DNA of 64,000 nucleotides. Source: Stenotrophomonas sp. (GTDB lineage: Bacteria; Pseudomonadota; Gammaproteobacteria; Xanthomonadales; Xanthomonadaceae). Numbering within the stretch: the stretch's first letter is position 1; each line of letters begins with the position of its first letter. The stretch spans positions 46,711-110,710 of the forward strand of contig JBASBF010000020.1 of NCBI GenBank assembly GCA_049650985.1. Reading direction: 5' to 3'. Shown here piece after piece: positions 21,591 to 30,751 of the stretch. The notes beneath the pieces are model-generated. The model was not told the DNA's origin. It searched no databases and saw nothing but the letters and a program-made list of their open reading frames with translations. A program made the translations under genes and the position numbers.

Positions 21591-22364
21591 ATGAGCGATT
21601 CTCCCCGCATCGCCTTTCTTGCCAGCAATACCGAGGTCGCGCAGCAGGCTCGTGTACAGATGGCCGCGCGTTATGGCGACCACAAACCCGGCGATGCCGA
21701 CGTGCTGTGCCCGCTGGGTGGCGACGGCTTCATGCTGCAGACCCTGCATCGCCATGGCGACAAGGGCAAGCCGGTGTTCGGCATGAAACTGGGCACAGTC
21801 GGCTTCCTGATGAACCACTACCGCGATGACGACGACCTGCTCGAACGGCTGGCACTGGCCGAGCCGGCGCACCTGCGGCCGCTGGAAATGCTCGCGCTGA
21901 CCGAGTCGGGCACCAGCACCGGTTCACTGGCCTACAACGACGTATCGATGCTGCGGCAGACGCGGCAGGCCGCGCACATCGGTATCGACCTCAATGGCCA
22001 GCAGCGCGTGGAAGAGTTGATTTGCGACGGCGTGCTGGTGTCCACGCCGGCCGGCAGTACCGCCTACAACTATTCCGCGCGCGGGCCGATCCTGCCGCTG
22101 GGCTCGAACACCATCGCGCTGACGCCACTGGCGCCGTATCGGCCGCGCCGCTGGCGCGGGGCCATCCTCAAGGCCGACACCGAGGTGTGCTTTCGCGTGC
22201 TCGACCCTTACAAGCGCCCGGTCAGCGTCACCGCCGATTCGCACGAAACCCGCGACGTGGTGGAAGTGACCATCCGCGAATCGCGGCAGCGGCAGGTGAC
22301 GTTGCTGTTCGACCCGGAACACAACCTGGAAGAGCGCATCCTCAGCGAGCAGTTCGAGTTCTGA
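21591..22364 (+). CDS. nadK: NAD kinase
   Basis: 257-aa ORF with the GGDGFML motif ([12 protein letters not shown]) and NAD kinase family length and layout. Confidence 0.85.
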   Translation: MSDSPRIAFLASNTEVAQQARVQMAARYGDHKPGDADVLCPLGGDGFMLQTLHRHGDKGKPVFGMKLGTVGFLMNHYRDDDDLLERLALAEPAHLRPLEMLALTESGTSTGSLAYNDVSMLRQTRQAAHIGIDLNGQQRVEELICDGVLVSTPAGSTAYNYSARGPILPLGSNTIALTPLAPYRPRRWRGAILKADTEVCFRVLDPYKRPVSVTADSHETRDVVEVTIRESRQRQVTLLFDPEHNLEERILSEQFEF

Positions 22365-22368
22365 AGGC

Positions 22369-22482
22369 TGGGAATGGGGAATAGGGTGTCGAGAATGGCG
22401 AAAAGCAGCCTCCCGCAAACGTCGGGCTGTGCGTCAGTCGCTGTTGCTCTTACCATCCCCCAATCTCCATTCCCGATTCCCG
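22369..22482. repeat. palindromic intergenic element with GGGAATSGGGAAT arms
   Basis: The left arm gggaatggggaatag (22370-84) matches the reverse complement of ccattcccgattccc (22467-81) at 13/15. The core gaatggcgaaaagcag...gctgttgctcttacc loosely resembles the core of the GAGTGA-arm family. Confidence 0.65.
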
Positions 22483-22487
22483 AACCC

Positions 22488-23438
22488 ATGGGTGACAACA
22501 CTCCCCGGCTGCTCACCGTTGCGGTGACTTCGCGTGCCTTGTTCGATCTCGAAGAGGGCCATGCGCTGTTCGAGCAGGATGGCCTGGAGGCTTATGCTGC
22601 CTACCAGCGCGAACACGAGGACGATGTGCTCAAGCCCGGCGTGGCGTTCCCGGTGGTCCGCAAGCTGCTGGCGTTGAATCAGGATTCCAGCGTGGAGAAC
22701 CCGCGGGTGGAGGTGATCCTGCTCTCGCGCAACTCTGCCGATACCGGCCTGCGCATCTTCAACTCCATCCAGCACCACGGCCTGGGCATCATCCGCGCCA
22801 CCTTCACCGCGGGTGAACCGACCTGGCCCTATGCCAAGCCGTTCGGTACCGATTTGTTCCTGTCGGCCAACCCCGAATCGGTGCGGCGTGCGCTGGTGCA
22901 TGGCATTGCCGCGGCGACGATCCTGCCGCGCAGCGGCACTGACGTATCTGTTGTGCCGGCCGATACGGGGCGTCCGCCGGAACAATTGCGCATCGCCTTC
23001 GATGGCGATGCGGTGATTTTCGGCGACGAAAGCGAGCGCATCTCGCGCGAGCAGGGCGTGGAAGCATTCGGCCGCCATGAACGCGAGCGTGCGCACGAAC
23101 CGCTCAGTGGCGGGCCGTTCCGCAACTTCCTGTCGGCATTGCATGCCCTGCAGGCCGCGTTCCCGGCCGGCGAACAAGCGCCGATCCGCACCGCGCTGGT
23201 CACCGCGCGATCGGCACCGGCGCACGAGCGCGTGATCCGCACCCTGCGCGAGTGGGGTGTGCGTCTGGATGAAGCGCTGTTCCTGGGTGGCCGCCACAAG
23301 GGGCCATTCCTGGAAGCATTCGGCGCGGACATCTTCTTCGACGATTCCCAGCACAACATCGACAGTGCCCGCCAGCACCACAGTGTCGCCGCCGGCCATG
23401 TGCCGCACGGCATCGCCAACGCCGACCGGGTGGAATAG
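22488..23438 (+). CDS. 5'-nucleotidase family protein (cN-IA-like, PF06189-type)
   Basis: ORF 22374..23438, with the start moved to MGDNTPRLLTVAVTSRALFDLEEGHALFEQDGLEAYAAYQREHEDD, downstream of the repeat. The family call is made from memory of the conserved N-terminal pattern. Confidence 0.65.
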   Translation: MGDNTPRLLTVAVTSRALFDLEEGHALFEQDGLEAYAAYQREHEDDVLKPGVAFPVVRKLLALNQDSSVENPRVEVILLSRNSADTGLRIFNSIQHHGLGIIRATFTAGEPTWPYAKPFGTDLFLSANPESVRRALVHGIAAATILPRSGTDVSVVPADTGRPPEQLRIAFDGDAVIFGDESERISREQGVEAFGRHERERAHEPLSGGPFRNFLSALHALQAAFPAGEQAPIRTALVTARSAPAHERVIRTLREWGVRLDEALFLGGRHKGPFLEAFGADIFFDDSQHNIDSARQHHSVAAGHVPHGIANADRVE

Positions 23439-23650
23439 CGAGGCATCCGGCGGCAACGGCAGCCGGGTACGTGCGGAGTGCCGGCTTTCGCATTCGGCAG
23501 CACAACCGCACGTCAGCATCCGCTACGGCAGCATCGCCACTTCAAGGGGCAAATACCGCTGGGAAGACACCTTGATTGATCGCAGCGTGCAGCATGGCCG
23601 GCACATGGCGGCCACGCAGGAGCCAGATCAATACGGCTGTCGCGGCAACA

Positions 23651-23812
23651 TCACGAGGTGGATGCCGGCTGCTCGCTCGTGTCCGGGGTGTCGGGAGAAG
23701 GCGTGTCCGGGGTGTCGCGATCGGAGCGCTTCTTCGCCAGCTTTGCTTCTTTCTGCTTCTTCTTTGCCAGCTCGCGCTGACGCTTCTCGAACGAGTAATT
23801 GATCTTGGCCAA
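23651..23812 (-). CDS. candidate small basic protein (53 aa, TTG start only)
   Basis: Not in the ORF track (under 60 aa). Reads L/M-AKINYSFEKRQRELAKKKQKEAKLAKKRSDRDTPDTPSPDTPDTSEQPASTS with GC3-rich codons. It is in the same frame as the upstream 78-aa ORF, separated by one TGA plus 11 codons. Confidence 0.3.
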   Translation of the reverse strand: MAKINYSFEKRQRELAKKKQKEAKLAKKRSDRDTPDTPSPDTPDTSEQPASTS

Positions 23813-23845
23813 GTGGGCTGTTCCGTTTTTCGGGGAGAGAGTGAC

Positions 23846-24082
23846 TCAGTTCTTGCCGGACCGATCGCCGGCGGCCGGTGATTCCGTGGCAGGCTTCAGC
23901 GCAGCGTCCTTGCCGCGAAGCGGCGTGTTGCCCAGCACTTCGATCTTGCCGCCGGCCTTGTCGAAGGCTGCCATGTCGTGGGCGATGCGCTCACGGGTCA
24001 GGTGGCCTTGCTGGGCACCGGAGCTGAAGGTCGAGCTGGTCCTTCTGGGCGCGGTGGTGGCGGATTTGCGGATGATGGCCAT
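23846..24082 (-). CDS. small hypothetical protein (78 aa)
   Basis: The ATG is preceded by gaggaaaagaga (a good RBS), and codon usage is GC3-rich. I do not recognise a family. Confidence 0.55.
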   Translation of the reverse strand: MAIIRKSATTAPRRTSSTFSSGAQQGHLTRERIAHDMAAFDKAGGKIEVLGNTPLRGKDAALKPATESPAAGDRSGKN

Positions 24083-24600
24083 CTCTTTTCCTCATGTCGA
24101 TGCCAGCCTGATGACGTGCTTCCCCGGTGCCAGAATCGAGCACGGTGCAACTGCCGTGATGAACGACCTGCATGGATCGAGCAGTTCATTCCTCGCGCCA
24201 TGCCGCTCCATTCGAGGTGCGGGCCATGACCGGCAGTGCGGCAGGGGCTGCCACTGAAACGCGCATTGCCACCGAGCAATGGGGCATCGGCATTCGTGCG
24301 AATGCGCGCGTCATCACGACTGGGATATGCGGGCAGGGGACGCTCCCGGAGAGCGCTTGCCACATGAAAGGGAGCGGAGCGTGCAACCGCCTTGGCAACT
24401 GCACGGAGCGCATGAAACAGGCGTTGCCTGCGTGGGACATGCTAACACTTTGCGGATGATGGCGGATTCATGTACGGATTTGCATGCCAGCGTAGTGCCA
24501 TCGATGCGACGAATATCAGCCGCCCCCATTGGCTCGGTTATCCGCAGGAAAACATTGCGCCACGAGTCTTCCCGGTCATGGGCAAGGTGTTGCACGCCAT

Positions 24601-25287
24601 TCAGAACTCCAGGTCCAGCGCAGCGCAAAGGTAATCGACGAAGGGGCCGAGCGCGGCGAGGTCGCCGGCGATGGTCTGGCGCAGGCGTGGGCTGGTCATG
24701 CCGGCGTCGTCCACGCGGCGCAGCAGCACCCAGTTGCGGTGGCGCAGGTCGTCGATGAATTCGAAGTCGGCCGGGAAGCCGCGCGGTGGCCGTACCAGCA
24801 TTTCGCTGTCCTCGAAACGGTAGCGTTTGCGCAGCGCCGGTGCGTGCGCGGTGGCTTTCCAGGTACCGGGGTTGTCGAAGATGAACTGGCGCACGCGGCG
24901 CTGTATGTCCGGCTCCTGGTGCCACAGGCCGGCGCCGATGAAACTCGCGCCCGGTTGCAGGTGGACATAGAACGACGGCGCCGGAACCTGCTTGCGGCGC
25001 TCGTGGTACAGCCGCGCACCCTGCCACGGTTTGTAGGGCGCCTTGTCGCCGGAATAGCGGGTGTCGCGATAAATGCGGTACAGCGAGCCGCCGACGGTGC
25101 GCGGGTCGGCCAAATAGTGCGTGCTGACTTGTGCCAGATCCGGTTGCAGGTCGGCGATCAGGCGCAGGAACGGTTGCCGCACGTGTTGTTCGTATTCGTG
25201 CTTGTGTTCGGCGAACCACGGTTTGTTGTTGTGGCGGTCGAGGTTGCGCAGGAACTTGAAACTGGCGTCGCTGAAATAGGCGCTCAT
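24601..25287 (-). CDS. DUF2461 (TIGR02453) family protein
   Basis: ORF 24601..25806 trimmed to MSAYFSDASFKFLRNLDRHNNKPWFAEHKHEYEQHV (228 aa). Its start overlaps the sbcB stop (ATGA at 25284-25287). Confidence 0.75.
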   Translation of the reverse strand: MSAYFSDASFKFLRNLDRHNNKPWFAEHKHEYEQHVRQPFLRLIADLQPDLAQVSTHYLADPRTVGGSLYRIYRDTRYSGDKAPYKPWQGARLYHERRKQVPAPSFYVHLQPGASFIGAGLWHQEPDIQRRVRQFIFDNPGTWKATAHAPALRKRYRFEDSEMLVRPPRGFPADFEFIDDLRHRNWVLLRRVDDAGMTSPRLRQTIAGDLAALGPFVDYLCAALDLEF

Positions 25288-26723
25288 GGCGTTGGCTGTA
25301 TCTGTTGGCCCCATTGTTCCAGTGCATCGAGCAGGGCGAGCGGGGCGGGGTTGTCGTGGTGTTCTTCGCGCAGCGTCCGGATCTGCGCGAAATAGTCGGG
25401 CAGGCTCTGTTCGCCCAGGCCCGGTTGCAGCAGGCGACGGCGACGGTAGTCGTCCCAGCGGCTGCGTTCGTCGGCATCCAGCGTCTGCGGGTGGTTGCGT
25501 GCGCGGTAGCGGAACAGCAGTTCCGGCAGGCGTGGGTCGCGGAAGCGATTTTCCAGTTCCGCCAGTGCCTCCGGCGGACTGGTCCTGACCTTGGCGAGCA
25601 ACGGCTTGTCGCCGTCGACGAGAAAGCCGTCGTACAGCGCGCCGTCGGCATCGGCCGGGCCGCCGGGCGGGCGTTCGCGGGCGAACACGCGGCGCACCTT
25701 CTCGGCCAATTGCGGACCGAACGCACGCAACTGCGCGGCGCGGGCATCGACTGCCTCCCGGTCGATGCCCAGCCGCTGGAAATCGGCGGCACGCAGGTGG
25801 TTCCATGCCACCAGCGCCGGCACCTTGTTGAGGTGTACTTCCTTCAACGGTACCCGTTGCTGGCCTTCAGGCAGGTCGGCGGCGCGGGTGTACAGGCGCT
25901 GCGCGATTTCTTCCGGCGGCAGTTCCAGCAACGGCTGCGGATCGCTGTCCAGGTCGTACACGATCACCCGGTTGTTGATGTGCGGGTGCGTGGCCAGCGG
26001 CAGCACCGGTGCCGCGCACAGGCGGCTGGCGGGATAGCGCATGGAGATATGCAGCGCCGGCTGCATCGCCACGCCGTCGAGCAGGCCGGCGACGAAGCGC
26101 TTGTCGCGCAGTTTCAGTGCGTAGTCCCACATGCGCGGCTGCGTCTGACGGAATTTTCGCGCCATGCCGATGGTGGCGTACACGTCCGACAGCGCTTCAT
26201 GGGCATCGCCTTCGCGAACGCCATTGGCGTCGGCCAGGTGTTCCAGCTTGAACGAGGTGCCGCCGTCTTCACGCTGCGGCCAGACGATGCCTTCCGGGCG
26301 CAGCGCGTGCACCAGCCGCAGCATGTCCAGCAAATCCCAGCGCGAGTTGCCGCCGCGCCACTCGCGCTCGTAGGGGTCGAAGAAATTGCGGAACAGGCCG
26401 TGGCGCACGAACTCGTCGTCGAAGCGCAGGGTGTTGTAGCCCAGCGTGCAGGTCTGCGGGCGTGCCATCAGCTCGTTGATGCGGGCGAAGGCCTCGGCCT
26501 CGCTGATGCCTTCGGCCAATGCATGCTGCGGGGTGATGCCAGTGATCAGCGTGGCGACGGGCGAGGGCAGCAGGTCATCGGCCGGCTTGACGAAGAAGCT
26601 GACCGGCTCGTCGATCACCTGCAACTGCGCGTCGGTGCGCACTGCGGCGAACTGCGCTATGCGGGTGCGGCGTGGATCCTGGCCGAAGGTTTCCAGATCG
26701 TAGAAGAGGAAGCTTTCGCTCAT
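25284..26723 (-). CDS. sbcB: exodeoxyribonuclease I
   Basis: 479-aa ORF with an N-terminal DnaQ-like exonuclease motif (FLFYDLETFGQDP) and ExoI length and C-terminal domain. Confidence 0.9.
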   Translation of the reverse strand: MSESFLFYDLETFGQDPRRTRIAQFAAVRTDAQLQVIDEPVSFFVKPADDLLPSPVATLITGITPQHALAEGISEAEAFARINELMARPQTCTLGYNTLRFDDEFVRHGLFRNFFDPYEREWRGGNSRWDLLDMLRLVHALRPEGIVWPQREDGGTSFKLEHLADANGVREGDAHEALSDVYATIGMARKFRQTQPRMWDYALKLRDKRFVAGLLDGVAMQPALHISMRYPASRLCAAPVLPLATHPHINNRVIVYDLDSDPQPLLELPPEEIAQRLYTRAADLPEGQQRVPLKEVHLNKVPALVAWNHLRAADFQRLGIDREAVDARAAQLRAFGPQLAEKVRRVFARERPPGGPADADGALYDGFLVDGDKPLLAKVRTSPPEALAELENRFRDPRLPELLFRYRARNHPQTLDADERSRWDDYRRRRLLQPGLGEQSLPDYFAQIRTLREEHHDNPAPLALLDALEQWGQQIQPTP

Positions 26724-28162
26724 CAGTTCGCTCCTTCCAGCACCGGCAGTTGTTCATGGACGATCTTTTCCAGCGCGGCCCAGTCGATGCGTTCCAAGGT
26801 GGCGTGACCGGCGGTGGCATCGGCGAGGATGCGCTGCTGCTGCCGCGTACGTTGCAGCGCCACCGCATACGGCGTGTGCAGGAAGGTGACCATCGTGTAG
26901 TGCGGCACGAAGCGCGTCGGCCAGCGCCGTTGCAGTTCCTGCTCCAGTTCGCGCTGCAGCAGGAACGCGGGATCGGCGACGTGGTCGCGCATCTCCAGGT
27001 AGTTGTCCAGCGCCATCTGCTGGATTGCCGCGGCGTTTGGCTTGCGTTCGGCTTCGAACGCGGCGAAGGCCTGCGCGGTGTCGTCGTGTTGCTCCAGCAG
27101 CTTGGCCAGGGCGACGCAATCCTCGAAGGCGCAGTTCATGCCCTGGCCGTGGAACGGCACCATCGCGTGCGCGGCGTCGCCCAGCAGCACCGCCTTGCCG
27201 CCCAGGTGCCAGCGGTCCAGGTGCAAGGTGCCGAGCAGGCCGGGTGGATGCCGCTCCCAGTCGCGGCGCAGGTGCGGAATCAGCGGCAGCGCGTCGGCGA
27301 ACTCGCGCGCGAACAACGCCTCGGCTTCGGCACCGCTGCGCACCGTGGCGAAACCGGGGTCGCCTTCGTTGGGCAGGAACAGGGTGACGGTGAAGGTGCC
27401 TTCGTCATTGGGCAGGGCGATGCACATGTAATTGCCGCGCGGCCAGATATGCAGTGCATTGGCTTCGATGAGGAAATGGCCACCCGCGCCCGGCGGGATT
27501 TCCAGCTCCTTGTAGGAATGGCCGAGGAACTCGGTGCGCTCGCCCAGCGGCGACTTCCGGTTCATTGCCGCGCGCAGTGCCGAGCCTGCACCATCGGCGC
27601 CGACCAGCGGGGTGTCGAAATGGATGTCGTGCGGGCTGTCGTCGCGGTCGTCGATGAAACGTGCGTAGCCGGCGTCAAAGTCCACCGTGTGCAGGCGGCG
27701 ATGGAAATGGAAGCGGGCGCCGGCATCTTCGGCCAGTTGCAGCAGGGTGATGTTGAGATCCCTGCGGTGCACCGACCAGATCACCTCGCTGTCGTCACGG
27801 CCATAGCGCTGCAACTGCGGTGCATCGCCATCGCGCGGATGCACCATGCGCCCGCGCATCATCACCGTGCGCGCCATCACCGCCTCTTCCACGCCGGCCT
27901 GGCGCAGTGCGTTGCGGCCGCGCTCGGCCAGTGCGAGGTTGATCGAGCGGCCGCTTTCGTAGTCGGCGATGCGCGGATCGCCACGGCGTTCGTGAACGGT
28001 GACGCGCCAGCCGCGGCGCGAGAGCAGGATGGCGAGCAGGGAGCCGGCCAGGCCGGCGCCGATCAGGGTCAGGTGACGCGGGGGAGAAGCGGTCAAGTCG
28101 AGGGTTCCGTGGGGTTCAAAGGCCGGCCCAGGCTTCCACTTCGGTGACGAAGCGGAGGACAT
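26723..28162 (-). CDS. kmo: kynurenine 3-monooxygenase
   Basis: FAD motif LTLIGAGLAGSLLAILL plus RSINLALAERG and MMRGRMVH, as in bacterial KMO. The start is uncertain: ATG 28162 overlaps kynU by 47 nt, and TTG 28096 lies downstream of the kynU stop. Its stop overlaps the sbcB ATG by 1 nt. Confidence 0.85.
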   Translation of the reverse strand: MSSASSPKWKPGPAFEPHGTLDLTASPPRHLTLIGAGLAGSLLAILLSRRGWRVTVHERRGDPRIADYESGRSINLALAERGRNALRQAGVEEAVMARTVMMRGRMVHPRDGDAPQLQRYGRDDSEVIWSVHRRDLNITLLQLAEDAGARFHFHRRLHTVDFDAGYARFIDDRDDSPHDIHFDTPLVGADGAGSALRAAMNRKSPLGERTEFLGHSYKELEIPPGAGGHFLIEANALHIWPRGNYMCIALPNDEGTFTVTLFLPNEGDPGFATVRSGAEAEALFAREFADALPLIPHLRRDWERHPPGLLGTLHLDRWHLGGKAVLLGDAAHAMVPFHGQGMNCAFEDCVALAKLLEQHDDTAQAFAAFEAERKPNAAAIQQMALDNYLEMRDHVADPAFLLQRELEQELQRRWPTRFVPHYTMVTFLHTPYAVALQRTRQQQRILADATAGHATLERIDWAALEKIVHEQLPVLEGAN

Positions 28163-29390
28163 CGTGGTGGCGGTTGTACATGGGGGTCGGGGAAATGCGG
28201 ATCACGTCCGGCTCGCGCCAGTCACCGAGTACGCCCTTCGCTTGCAGGTATTCGAACAAGGCGCGGCCCTGTGCGCGGCCGCCGGCCACGCGCAGCGACA
28301 ACTGGCAGCCACGGCGTTCCGGTTCGGCAGGAGTGACGATCTGCAGCACGTTGTACAGGCGCGTCAGCACCAAGGCTTCCAGGTGGCCGGTGAGTTGCAG
28401 CGATTTGGCGCGCAGCGCCGGCATGCCGGCCTCGTCAAACAACGCCAGCGAGGCGCGCAGCGGCGCCAAGCCCAACACTGGCGGATTGCTCAACTGCCAG
28501 CCTTCGGCGCCGGCCTCGGGCACGAACTCCGGCGCCATCTGGAAGCGCGTGGCCTGTTCGTGGCCCCACCAGCCGGCGAAGCGCGGCAGCGAGGCGTCGC
28601 GGGCATGGCGCTCGTGCACGAAGCAGCCGGCCACCGCGCCGGGGCCGCCGTTGAGATATTTGTAGTGGCACCACACCGCGAAATCGGGGGCGGTGTCGTG
28701 CAGGGCCAACGGCACGTTGCCGACCGAATGGGCGAGGTCGAAACCGACGTTGGCACCCTGTGTGCGCGCCAGCCGGGTGATCGCGTCCAGGTCGAACACC
28801 TGCCCGCTGCGGTACTGCACGCCCGGCCACAACACCAGTGCCACGCGCTGGCCGTGTTCGGCGATGGCGCGTTCGATCGCGGCCATCGAGATGGTGCCGT
28901 TGACTTCGTCCGGCTGCACCTCGATCAAGTCGGTGGCCGGGTCGAAGCCGTGGAAACGGATCTGCGACTCGACCGCGTGGCGGTCGGTGGGGAAGGCGCC
29001 AGCTTCCATCAGGATCGCCGGACGCGCGGCCGTGGGGTGGTAGAAACTGACCATCATCAACTGCAGGTTCACGCTCAGCGTGTTCATCGCCACCACTTCC
29101 ACCGGCAGCGCGCCGACCACGCGCGCCAGCGAGTCGCGCACCAGCCGGTGGTAGTTCATCCAGTGCGTGGGGCCGGTGAAGTGACCCTCGACTGCGATCC
29201 GCGCCCACAGATCCAGCACCTCCTGCACCATCGCCTGCGCGCCGCGTGGCTGCAGGCCGAGCGAGTTGCCGACGAAGTAGGCCTGGTCGTCACCGTCGTG
29301 CTGCGGGATCAGGAACTGGTCGCGCAAGTGGCGCAGCGGATCGGCCGCATCGAGCGCGGCGGCGTGGGCCGGGGACAGGAGTTCGTTCAT
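28116..29390 (-). CDS. kynU: kynureninase
   Basis: ORF 28116..29828 trimmed to MNELLSPAHAAALDAADPLRHLRDQFLIP (424 aa). It has a PLP-dependent class V fold and the YFVGNSLGLQP motif. Confidence 0.9.
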   Translation of the reverse strand: MNELLSPAHAAALDAADPLRHLRDQFLIPQHDGDDQAYFVGNSLGLQPRGAQAMVQEVLDLWARIAVEGHFTGPTHWMNYHRLVRDSLARVVGALPVEVVAMNTLSVNLQLMMVSFYHPTAARPAILMEAGAFPTDRHAVESQIRFHGFDPATDLIEVQPDEVNGTISMAAIERAIAEHGQRVALVLWPGVQYRSGQVFDLDAITRLARTQGANVGFDLAHSVGNVPLALHDTAPDFAVWCHYKYLNGGPGAVAGCFVHERHARDASLPRFAGWWGHEQATRFQMAPEFVPEAGAEGWQLSNPPVLGLAPLRASLALFDEAGMPALRAKSLQLTGHLEALVLTRLYNVLQIVTPAEPERRGCQLSLRVAGGRAQGRALFEYLQAKGVLGDWREPDVIRISPTPMYNRHHDVLRFVTEVEAWAGL

Positions 29391-29473
29391 TGCGGCACGG
29401 CTGTTGAAAGTGAAACCGCAGTGTAGCGCCGGGGGCAGGGAACCCGGAGTGCGCAAGCGCTGGCGTTCTGCCG

Positions 29474-29989
29474 TTATCCGTTCCCGGCTTCGGGATGCAC
29501 CGCCCCGCACTCGGCACACGTGCGGTGTTGCAGCGACGAGTAAAAGCGTTCGAACAGCAGCGGCAAATCGGTCTCGATGTTGCCCAGGTGGAAGAATTCT
29601 TCGTACAGCTTGTGGTTGCACTGTTCGCAATGCCAGGCCACGCCATCGAGTTCGTGCGGCAGGCGCTTGCGCTCGACCACCAGGCCGATGCCGCCGGGTG
29701 GGCGGCGCGGCGAATGCGGCACCCGTGGCGGCAGCAGGAAAATTTCGCCGGCGCGAATCGGGATGTCGCGCACCACGCCGTCCTCCTGCACCTTGAGCAC
29801 CATCTCGCCTTCGAGCTGGTAGAACCACTCCGGGCCTTCGTCGTAGTGGAAGTCGGTGCGCGAATTGGGGCCGCCGACCACCATCACGATGAAGTCACCG
29901 TTGTCGATCATCCGGTTGCCCACCGGCGGCTTGAGCAGGTGGCGGTGTTGTTCAATCCAGCCCTGCAGATTGATCGGCGAGGCAAGCAT
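29474..29989 (-). CDS. 3-hydroxyanthranilate 3,4-dioxygenase
   Basis: ORF 29474..30235 trimmed to [25 protein letters not shown] (171 aa). It has a cupin core ([15 protein letters not shown]...PHSP) and a C-terminal CxxC...CxxC site ([13 protein letters not shown]). Confidence 0.85.
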   Translation of the reverse strand: MLASPINLQGWIEQHRHLLKPPVGNRMIDNGDFIVMVVGGPNSRTDFHYDEGPEWFYQLEGEMVLKVQEDGVVRDIPIRAGEIFLLPPRVPHSPRRPPGGIGLVVERKRLPHELDGVAWHCEQCNHKLYEEFFHLGNIETDLPLLFERFYSSLQHRTCAECGAVHPEAGNG

Positions 29990-30012
29990 GGTCGGCTCCG
30001 GCAGGACGGGGA

Positions 30013-30675
30013 TCAGTCGCGGCGGCCGTGGCGCGGCACGAAGGACAAGGCCTGCGCGTAGGCGGGCTGCAATTCTTCCTGGCTGCCGACGTCGATGCCC
30101 ATTTCGCGCACGCGGCCGTCCTTCAGGCTGTAGACCCAGCCATGCACCATCAGCTTTTGCCCGCGCGCCCAGGCGTCCTGGACGATGGTCGAGCGGCAGG
30201 CGTTGGCCACCTGCTCGATCACGTTCAGCTCGCACAGGCGGGCGTGGCGCAGCTCCGGGGCGTCGATGGCGTCGAGAATGGCCGAATGTTTCTGCGCGAC
30301 GTCACCCACGTGGCGCAACCAGTTGTCGGCCAGGCCGATGCGCACGTCGTTGAGGCTGGCGTGCACGCCACCGCAGCCGTAGTGGCCGACGATCAGGATG
30401 TGCTTGACCTTGAGCTGGTCGACCGCGTACTGGATGGCGCTCAGGCAGTTCAGATCGGTATGCACCACCACGTTGGCGACATTGCGGTGCACGAACACCT
30501 CGCCGGGTGCCATGCCGATGATCTGGTTGGCCGGCACCCGCGAATCCGAACAGCCGATCCACAGGTATTCGGGGTGCTGCTGCTGGGCCAATTGGTGGAA
30601 GAATTCGGGGTCTTCGCGCTCGAGCCGGTCGGCCCAGTCGCTGTTGTTCTGCAGCAGCATGCGGATGTCTTTCAT
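30013..30675 (-). CDS. can: beta-class carbonic anhydrase
   Basis: 220-aa ORF with zinc ligand motifs CSDSRV and GHYGCGG. Confidence 0.9.
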   Translation of the reverse strand: MKDIRMLLQNNSDWADRLEREDPEFFHQLAQQQHPEYLWIGCSDSRVPANQIIGMAPGEVFVHRNVANVVVHTDLNCLSAIQYAVDQLKVKHILIVGHYGCGGVHASLNDVRIGLADNWLRHVGDVAQKHSAILDAIDAPELRHARLCELNVIEQVANACRSTIVQDAWARGQKLMVHGWVYSLKDGRVREMGIDVGSQEELQPAYAQALSFVPRHGRRD

Positions 30676-30751
30676 GGTCGCTTGTCCCTGTGGTGGGGTG
30701 GGGGATGGCGCGGCACACCCGGTCGCGTCTTCGTGGGAGAGAGCACCGGTT

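Noticed and set aside
24172-24459. ORFs 24172..24459 (+) and 24186..24440 (-) in the long intergenic gap
   Set aside because: They have Cys/His/Arg-rich implausible sequences, no RBS, and mutually overlap on opposite strands. The region is treated as non-coding.
16458-30235. An NAD-themed supercluster (NAD-GDH, NAD kinase, 5'-nucleotidase, kynurenine-pathway genes)
   Set aside because: The genes lie on different strands and in different transcription units, separated by terminators, repeats and unrelated genes. Only the kyn-sbcB-DUF2461 coupling is physically supported.
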